64,000 nucleotides of DNA from an uncultured Parachlamydiaceae bacterium (GTDB taxonomy: Bacteria; Chlamydiota; Chlamydiia; Chlamydiales; Parachlamydiaceae). A program made the position numbers and the translations under genes. Positions within the stretch are counted from its first letter, which is position 1; every line of letters begins with the position of its first letter. The notes under the pieces are model-generated. The model worked only from the letters and a program-made list of their open reading frames with translations. It searched no databases and was not told where the DNA came from. The stretch covers positions 256,001 to 320,000 of the forward strand of contig CAVULX010000004.1 in assembly GCA_963742415.1 (NCBI GenBank), in the 5' to 3' direction. Below are positions 57,579-64,000 of the stretch, piece after piece.

Positions 57579-58277
57579 TTACATGTTGTATCTATTCGTT
57601 TCCCCGATAGGAGGTACGTTTTTGATTAAAACGGAGACTAATTCATCCCAATTTTTTTGATAGATACTGGGAAACAAGAGAGCGGAGTTAACTTTTACTG
57701 TTGCAGCAAAGGCTTCAAGATGGGGAACGAGGTTATTTTTACCGCTTTCTTCTGTCAGAGTGTCATACAGCCCTTTTTTGAATTCTCTCCAAACCAATTT
57801 ACGTTCTGTCACTGTAATGATGCATGGAAGCAACTCTTTGTTAGTGAAAATGTAGCTCAAAAATCGGAATGGATGCAGATGATTAATCTTATCCCCTTTT
57901 TTTCTTAATTTTGTTTCTTCCTGCCAAAGCCTTGCCGGTGATTTTTTCGCTAGTGTCGTAAGAATATAGGTGATGTTGCTTTTTTCCGTTTCAGCTAAAG
58001 GGGCTTGATAATTTCTCTCTACAACGTTAGAAGCTTTTCTGTTTCTATATATCGTCACTTCACTTGGTTTATAATCCATCCGAAATTGACTGAGCGATGA
58101 CCCTGTGCCGAGCTGCTCGCCGATTTTTTCTACGACCACACAAAATGGTTCGTTTGGATTAACATCGATAGTAATATGTTCTCCAACGGGGATCCTCACC
58201 ACGATTTCTTCAGTTTGGGCATAGGCAATTGTTAAAACTGATAGGGCTAAAAAGGAAGAGAAGATCATTTTTTGCAT
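57579..58277 (-). CDS. Secreted hypothetical protein
   Basis: Signal peptide (…IAYAQ); GDKINHLHPFRFL motif. Confidence 0.75.
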   Translation of the reverse strand: MQKMIFSSFLALSVLTIAYAQTEEIVVRIPVGEHITIDVNPNEPFCVVVEKIGEQLGTGSSLSQFRMDYKPSEVTIYRNRKASNVVERNYQAPLAETEKSNITYILTTLAKKSPARLWQEETKLRKKGDKINHLHPFRFLSYIFTNKELLPCIITVTERKLVWREFKKGLYDTLTEESGKNNLVPHLEAFAATVKVNSALLFPSIYQKNWDELVSVLIKNVPPIGETNRYNM

Positions 58278-58543
58278 TGTTTTGTCATGTCCTTATGTAA
58301 AAGTTGTTTAAGTTCACGTTCACATTCCAAAAGAATATTTCAAGCCTATTGAGCATATAGGTGAAATAGCCGATGATTACAAGAAAAATTTTAGTATTAA
58401 CTTTAACTTGTTTTCACCACTGAGCCAGTGAGATCACTGAGGTAGCTTGAGATCGGTGAGGGAGTCAATTCGCTTTTTCTAAACATTTTTTAACGAAAAG
58501 GTGTGGAAAAATATTCAGAGTTACAATTAGTGAGGTCTAATGA

Positions 58544-58634
58544 TTAACGCAGAGGCGGGAAGTCGGGGAGACGCAGAGATAAGTCATTTTCTCGATTATC
58601 TCTGCGTCTCCCCGACTCCCCGACTCTACGTTAA
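58544..58634. repeat. REP-like hairpin with 39-bp arms (36/39) built of about 8-bp units
   Basis: ttaacgcagaggcgggaagtcggggagacgcagagataa pairs with ttatctctgcgtctccccgactccccgactctacgttaa. Confidence 0.85.
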
Positions 58635-58855
58635 ATTCATTTAAAGATAGACTTATTCTGCAATTAAATTTTTATTTCATGCTTATGGATTCCAGCAATG
58701 AGGTTGAACCATAAACCAAATCGTTTTCTCCTGTTTCTATATCTGTCACTTATAATTTTTGTTTTTTTGTTTTTTTAAAAGATGCAACACTCTTGGAATT
58801 GACAAATACCTATCGATTACTCATAATCAATTTTTTGAATTTTTCATTTGGTTTT

Positions 58856-59641
58856 ATGATTCTGCTTAAGCATCCCTTTTTTTTATCGTTTTTTTTCCTA
58901 TTATTACTGGTTGAAGGCCACGGGGCTTCCTGCTACGGGAGGCATCAGTTTGCTTTCGGTCCCGAATTTTACCATCTGAAACGGATAAGAAAAGGGGGCA
59001 CCGAACAAACAGGATATTTGTATGGGGTGAGATTGAACTATGACCACATAGGGCGTTACCTCATCTATTGGGGACTTGAAGCCGCCTATGCAAAAGGAAC
59101 TTTACGGGGAGAAACGGGGAGGGATGACGATCTGAAATCCCGTTTTTCCGATCAAAATATCGAAGCAAGAGTAGGTTACACATTTCAAAGTGAGTCGGGC
59201 TGTTGCGCTTCCTTTACACCTTTTACAGGGGTTGGGTACTTCATCGAAAAGAATGAATATGTTCACCCTTCTCCTGCGACTTACCATTTTCGCAATACTT
59301 TTTATTACGCCCTTTTAGGGGCTTTGACAAAAGCATACCTTAATACCAAGTGTACTATAGGGCTCAATGTGGCTGCCATGTTCAGCATGGATGGAAAAGT
59401 CAAGGTGTCCCACGATTCCGACAAAGGCAATAACACTTTGCGCTATGAAAATAAAATTCTGTGCAGGGCTACTTTGCCCATTTGTTATTCGGGTGAAATC
59501 TGCGGGTGTCCGGGTGAGTTTTGTTTGAAGCCTTTTTATGAATACAGGCAATATGGCAGGCACCACAACATTCCTTACGATTTCCCCGATACAAAAATCA
59601 AAATTTTTGGAGCGGCTTTGGAATATTGCCTTTATTTCTAA
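58856..59641 (+). CDS. Putative outer-membrane beta-barrel protein (start 58856 preferred)
   Basis: Signal peptide, Tyr/Gly-rich strands, terminal Phe. Confidence 0.7.
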   Translation: MILLKHPFFLSFFFLLLLVEGHGASCYGRHQFAFGPEFYHLKRIRKGGTEQTGYLYGVRLNYDHIGRYLIYWGLEAAYAKGTLRGETGRDDDLKSRFSDQNIEARVGYTFQSESGCCASFTPFTGVGYFIEKNEYVHPSPATYHFRNTFYYALLGALTKAYLNTKCTIGLNVAAMFSMDGKVKVSHDSDKGNNTLRYENKILCRATLPICYSGEICGCPGEFCLKPFYEYRQYGRHHNIPYDFPDTKIKIFGAALEYCLYF

Positions 59642-59642
59642 A

Positions 59643-61178
59643 TCAGTCTGTGTATAACTCTTCAAATTTTTTGGCGACTGCTGCGGCGCATTTCTTTCCA
59701 CCGCAGGCTGTACAGGCGATCGATGTTCTTCTTTCAAACCAATCTGCCGGTAAAACAGCTTTTTCATGCTGAATAGCATGAACGAGTTCTGCATAGAGAT
59801 GGGGGTGGCAAGGGCAAATTTGCACCCCTTCTTGAGGCGAGTTTGAGATAATCTCAAAGATTTGATAGCAGGCTTTTCCATATTGGTTTACGATTCTTTC
59901 CACTTGTGAAAGGGGGAGTTGAGTTTCAAGAGAGACTTTTTCCATTTCATTTTTATCTATTGCAAAACTGCAAAGAGGAAGATCTTTTGTGCTACAGAAG
60001 GGAGGGTTTGGGGTGCCCAAATATTTTAAGACAGCATCAACGGTTTTTTCTGCCATGAGGCGATATGTGGTATATTTACCACCCACAAGCGTAATTAAAC
60101 CTGTCGATGACACATCGAGAAGATAATCTCTGCTGATCCGGGAAGGTCCTGCACCCCCTTTTTTGAGAAGGGGGCGCAATCCCGCAAACTTGGCGACAAT
60201 GGAATCTCGGCTTAGGTTTGAATTTGGAAAATAATGTGAGATGGCTTGAAGGAGATAATCCTCATCCTCTTTTAAAACGGATATAGCCTCAAGGTCCCCC
60301 CCATAAGGAGTATCTGTCGTGCCTAAAAGGGAATATCCGTTCCAAGGGATCAGAAAGAAAAAACGGTTGTCTTGCGGAGCGGTTAAAAGGAGGGCATGGG
60401 TTGGATGAAGGGGGGGCAAGACGAGGTGCACCCCTTTTGTGGGATAAATTTCAAAATTTTTCTTACTATTATTAAAAGACAAAATTGAATTGGTCCAAGA
60501 TCCTGTGGCATTGACAACAGATTTTGCAAAAGCGGCATTTTCAGATCCATATAATGTGTTTTTATATCTCACCCCGCCCACTTTGCCGCCTGAAGATTTT
60601 AATAACCCGATAACTTCAGTATAATTTAATAAAAGGGCGCCTAAAGAATCCGCTTCCCGCATGTTTTCAATGACTAACCGATTATCCTGCATTTGAGCAT
60701 CATAATACAGGCACCCCCCCTGCAAGTGATCTTTTTTTAAGAAAGGAAATAGAGAGAGAACATTGTCCAGGGAAAGATTGGAATGAGGGGGCATTTCGCT
60801 TCGGCTAAAGAAATCGTAAAAAGTTAAACCCAGTTTAGTCATCCAGGCTGAAGGGGACATCCCTTGATACAAAGGGATGACAAAGGGGAGGGGGTGTACG
60901 AGATTGGAGGCTGTCTTCATTAAGATAGAGCGTTCTTGAAGAGATTCTCGAACAATTTTAAATTGAAAATTTTGAAGATAACGCAACCCTCCGTGGATGA
61001 GTTTTGAGCTCTTCGAGCTTGTTCCGCCGGCAAAGTCCCCCTTTTCGAAAAGGATCGTCTTCAATCCTCTCAAAGCGGCATCGCGAGCAATGGCTACGCC
61101 GTTGATTCCCCCTCCAATGACAGCTAAGTCAAAGAGTTCATGTGCCTGCGAAGCGGACTGCATAAATGATTCATTCAT
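59643..61178 (-). CDS. glpD: FAD-dependent glycerol-3-phosphate dehydrogenase
   Basis: IGGGING, GTSSKSSKLIHGGLRYL, GTTD, GGKYTTYR. Confidence 0.93.
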   Translation of the reverse strand: MNESFMQSASQAHELFDLAVIGGGINGVAIARDAALRGLKTILFEKGDFAGGTSSKSSKLIHGGLRYLQNFQFKIVRESLQERSILMKTASNLVHPLPFVIPLYQGMSPSAWMTKLGLTFYDFFSRSEMPPHSNLSLDNVLSLFPFLKKDHLQGGCLYYDAQMQDNRLVIENMREADSLGALLLNYTEVIGLLKSSGGKVGGVRYKNTLYGSENAAFAKSVVNATGSWTNSILSFNNSKKNFEIYPTKGVHLVLPPLHPTHALLLTAPQDNRFFFLIPWNGYSLLGTTDTPYGGDLEAISVLKEDEDYLLQAISHYFPNSNLSRDSIVAKFAGLRPLLKKGGAGPSRISRDYLLDVSSTGLITLVGGKYTTYRLMAEKTVDAVLKYLGTPNPPFCSTKDLPLCSFAIDKNEMEKVSLETQLPLSQVERIVNQYGKACYQIFEIISNSPQEGVQICPCHPHLYAELVHAIQHEKAVLPADWFERRTSIACTACGGKKCAAAVAKKFEELYTD

Positions 61179-62091
61179 TCAATGAATTGAAAATTTCATC
61201 CAATTTCCCTTCGATAGAAGAGAGAATTTCTGCATAATATTTTGGGTGATGGGCTCTAATCCACCGTCCAAATCTTTTATGGGCAATTTTTTTTAAGTCC
61301 TTTTTAAATTTTTCAGAGTCTTGCATTTGTTGATTTAATGCAAGTCTTCCGACATCGATATGGATCGCTTTATTACCTACAAAACCTGTATTTGACATCA
61401 CGTTGTGGTCGCTGTCAGTTAATCCCTTTTTATATTCATCAGCATAAAGTTCAAAAATATGATTGATATACAGTTTGGCCGTTTCAACTTCGTGGCGGTT
61501 GAGGAGAGTTTTAAGCACATCTTTTGTCATTACGGCCTTTCGTTGAAGGATGAAAAAGGTGTTATCTAAATCGATGGGATGCTTCAGCCCATACCGGTCC
61601 TTAACGACGATTTGATTGTATAGATTTTTTGTTTTGGATAGATGGGTCCAAACAAGGCCTGTATTGTCAGCATCCTTTTCAAAGGCAAGACGATACCCTG
61701 CAAAAATGCGTAAAAACCTTTTTTGTTTCCATTTTTCATGTCGAAGCTTGAATTGGGTAAAGGGAAAAGTGTTTGGGAGCTTGTCTATGAAAGAGGTCTT
61801 TAGATAAGTAAATTTGATGAACTTTAAGACATAGTCTTGATCTTGACTTACAAAAGCATACGTTTGATGCCCTTTGCCAAGATAAAAAAAGGGTTTGGCT
61901 AGGATTTCTTGAATCTCTTTCGGTGGTTGAGAAAATAGCGCAAAGTCGTCTGCAGGAGGAGCGGCGAGTTCATAAGAAATGTTATTCAGGTTGAATTCAT
62001 CCTGAAGAAACCTATATAAAAAGAAAGAAGAGAAGAGAGTTGATAAGCAGATGGAAAAAATGATTACATACCGCATAAAACAAATGCCCAA
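61171..62091 (-). CDS. Membrane-anchored protein-kinase-like-fold hypothetical protein
   Basis: N-terminal TM, LGKGHQTYAF...VLKF, DSDHNVMSNTG, HIDVG. Confidence 0.6.
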   Translation of the reverse strand: MGICFMRYVIIFSICLSTLFSSFFLYRFLQDEFNLNNISYELAAPPADDFALFSQPPKEIQEILAKPFFYLGKGHQTYAFVSQDQDYVLKFIKFTYLKTSFIDKLPNTFPFTQFKLRHEKWKQKRFLRIFAGYRLAFEKDADNTGLVWTHLSKTKNLYNQIVVKDRYGLKHPIDLDNTFFILQRKAVMTKDVLKTLLNRHEVETAKLYINHIFELYADEYKKGLTDSDHNVMSNTGFVGNKAIHIDVGRLALNQQMQDSEKFKKDLKKIAHKRFGRWIRAHHPKYYAEILSSIEGKLDEIFNSLNE

Positions 62092-62217
62092 AAAATGAAA
62101 GAGGTAATGTTATCAGATTATCCCTATTTTGTTAAATTTAGTATTTTTTGTGGATTTTTTTCAGAAATGTGATGTACAATCTCAGATTATTTTTTGTTTA
62201 AATGAGTTTGGAGGAAT

Positions 62218-62961
62218 ATGTGGACGACAGATACGAGCTTTCTTAGGGAATTATCGAATTTATCAAGTAATACCGATTTCACTAGCTTTGACAATATTTT
62301 TGGCAATAATGAGAAAGAACAGGATCGCTATTCTCAAATCTGGGAAGGAGCTTTCAATACGCCGCCAGTTGTTGCTGAAGTTTCGTGTCTTTCCAACCGC
62401 AACATGTTTCCAATCAATGGAACTCAGGGGGAAAATGACGATTATAAAAGAAAAGAGGAAGAAGGCAATCCCTATGTGCTTACAGACAATCAGACTAACT
62501 CGAATCTAAATGAATTGAAGAGTACAAGTGAAAGTAATTCCCACAATTCGGCTCTAAAAGAAGTTAAAATAAATTTGTCGCTAAACCAAAGAAAAAAAAA
62601 TTTATGGACTATAGATGAAGATGAGAAGTTAAAACAAGCAATGGAAAAAAGCCACCCGAGTGGTAGCGTGAGTCAAAGACGTGCAGGGGATTGGAAGAAA
62701 ATAACAGACATTTTCCACGGAAGGCGAACTGTAGCTGCGTGTAAAAAAAGGGGAGAAGTATTAAAACTCAGAGGTGGGACAGAAAAAAAAACGAAACGAA
62801 ATTGGACGGATCAAGAAGATATGAAATTAAAGGTAGCCATGCAATACCACCTTTCAATGAGAAATTCTCAGCTAAAGCAGGAAGAATGGGAAAAGATAGC
62901 AAAAAGTTTAAATCGAACAGTGAGTGCATGTAAAAATAGAGTAACGAAATTGAAATATTAA
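62218..62961 (+). CDS. Myb/SANT-repeat protein (two repeats), eukaryote-like
   Basis: WTIDEDEKL...DWKKI...RTVAACKKR and WTDQEDMKL...EWEKIAKSLNRTVSACKNR; GGAGG RBS. Confidence 0.85.
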   Translation: MWTTDTSFLRELSNLSSNTDFTSFDNIFGNNEKEQDRYSQIWEGAFNTPPVVAEVSCLSNRNMFPINGTQGENDDYKRKEEEGNPYVLTDNQTNSNLNELKSTSESNSHNSALKEVKINLSLNQRKKNLWTIDEDEKLKQAMEKSHPSGSVSQRRAGDWKKITDIFHGRRTVAACKKRGEVLKLRGGTEKKTKRNWTDQEDMKLKVAMQYHLSMRNSQLKQEEWEKIAKSLNRTVSACKNRVTKLKY

Positions 62962-63359
62962 AACTAAAAGCAATTACGTACCTTCAAAGTTCTCTACGCA
63001 TGTAGAAATCCGGTCGGGATCAAATGCAGGGGAAATTATAACGGGGACAAGCAATAATTTCAAAAGAAGCCTCTTGTAAATAGCAGTATGCGTAAAACGC
63101 AAAGGACTCAAAAATAGAAAATTTCATAAAAAGTACGGAATCAGGCTATTCCCATTGTAGGATGTTCTACAGAGAATCACATAGCGATACCATTTTATCC
63201 TTTTTTTTAAATTTAGTATTTTTATAGATTTTTTTTATAAACGTTTAATAAAATGCCAATTCTTATGCCGAAAGTGACTCAAAAATTGGGATTTTGAAGC
63301 GTTCCAAATCGCAATTTTTGAGAAACCTTCGGTATAAATTGGTTTGGAGGATTGGAATT

Positions 63360-64000
63360 ATGGGAGAGGTCAATTTTGGTTTTTCATTTATATCGGCGAC
63401 TGCATCTAATTTCGACTTTGGCAGCGGCAAAGATTGGGACAGTAATAGGGAAATCCCAACCTCAGAAATTTCCCAAATTTGGAATGAATGCGTGGGAAGA
63501 CGTGACGTAGAAACTCCGCTCAACAGCGAACCCCAAATTTTGTCAAATTGTTCCGATTCTGTCCCTTTTACACCATGGAATGGGGATGAACGTCCTCAAC
63601 ATTCTGTCAAACAACTAACAGAGACAGAGCATTCGACCTTCTATACAACTTTTAAGCTGGCTAATACCCGTGCAGGTGAAAGTCATCCAGAAGATGACTT
63701 GGTTGAAAATAAGGTCGAGCAAGATTCGCAGTCAAAAAGAAAAATTTGGACGGAGCAGGAACATAAAAAGCTAGAGCAAGTAATGAAGAAATATGGCCCA
63801 GACAGAGGCAAAATTGGAAGAACTAAAAAACAGTGGAAGAAAATTGCGTGCGAAATGAGGCGCCCCCCAGAAGCGTGTAAAAAAAGGTGGGAAATTTTAA
63901 AAGGACAAAATCCACGGCTAGAAAAAAAACTGAAATCACGAGCTTGGACTCCTCAAGAGGAAAAGGTTTTAAAAACATCTTTGGCATACTTCCATTCACA
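63360..64000 (+). CDS. Second Myb/SANT-repeat protein, partial at the right edge; not in ORF track
   Basis: GGAGG then ATG 63360; the frame is open to the end. Contains WTEQEHKKLEQVMKKYG...QWKKIACEMRRPPEACKKRW and then AWTPQEEKVL. Confidence 0.85.
   Translation, partial: MGEVNFGFSFISATASNFDFGSGKDWDSNREIPTSEISQIWNECVGRRDVETPLNSEPQILSNCSDSVPFTPWNGDERPQHSVKQLTETEHSTFYTTFKLANTRAGESHPEDDLVENKVEQDSQSKRKIWTEQEHKKLEQVMKKYGPDRGKIGRTKKQWKKIACEMRRPPEACKKRWEILKGQNPRLEKKLKSRAWTPQEEKVLKTSLAYFHS

Noticed and set aside
63263..63523. Minus-strand 86-aa ORF
   Set aside because: Antisense to the Myb-repeat ORF starting at 63360.
1..64000. tRNA, rRNA, transposase or integrase genes
   Set aside because: None recognised by eye in intergenic regions or ORFs; tRNAscan-SE and Infernal would be needed to exclude small RNAs formally.

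Overview
This window looks like chromosome from an environmental member of the phylum Chlamydiae. The basis is a CPAF-like protease, the kdsB-pyrG-ruvX-zwf-(opcA)-pgl and glgA-pgsA gene orders, and many orphan genes with AT-rich promoters. Housekeeping genes include rseP, pgl/opcA/zwf, ruvX, pyrG (frameshifted), kdsB, cpaF, glgA, pgsA, tdh, kbl, potABCD, glpD and an acyl-CoA dehydrogenase. Two systems stand out. (1) A roughly 17.5 kb putative biosynthetic and export cluster (8815-26374). It encodes a class I HMG-CoA-reductase-like enzyme, an OleC-like adenylating ligase, an alpha/beta hydrolase, a formyltransferase, a UbiA prenyltransferase, a PEP-synthase-type phosphotransferase, a phytol-kinase-like membrane protein, a BtaA/DUF3419 SAM enzyme, and a Lol-like ABC/LolA-like/outer-membrane-barrel module. 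I cannot match it to a characterised pathway. (2) A tandem pair of eukaryote-like Myb/SANT-repeat genes at the right edge, one of them missing from the ORF track; these are candidate host-nucleus effectors. The window also has long perfect inverted repeats, a 34-bp tandem array, three decayed toxin-antitoxin modules, two candidate regulatory mini-ORFs and a duplicated promoter block. I recognised no rRNA, tRNA, CRISPR array or transposase. All family assignments come from reading motifs by eye, not from database searches.
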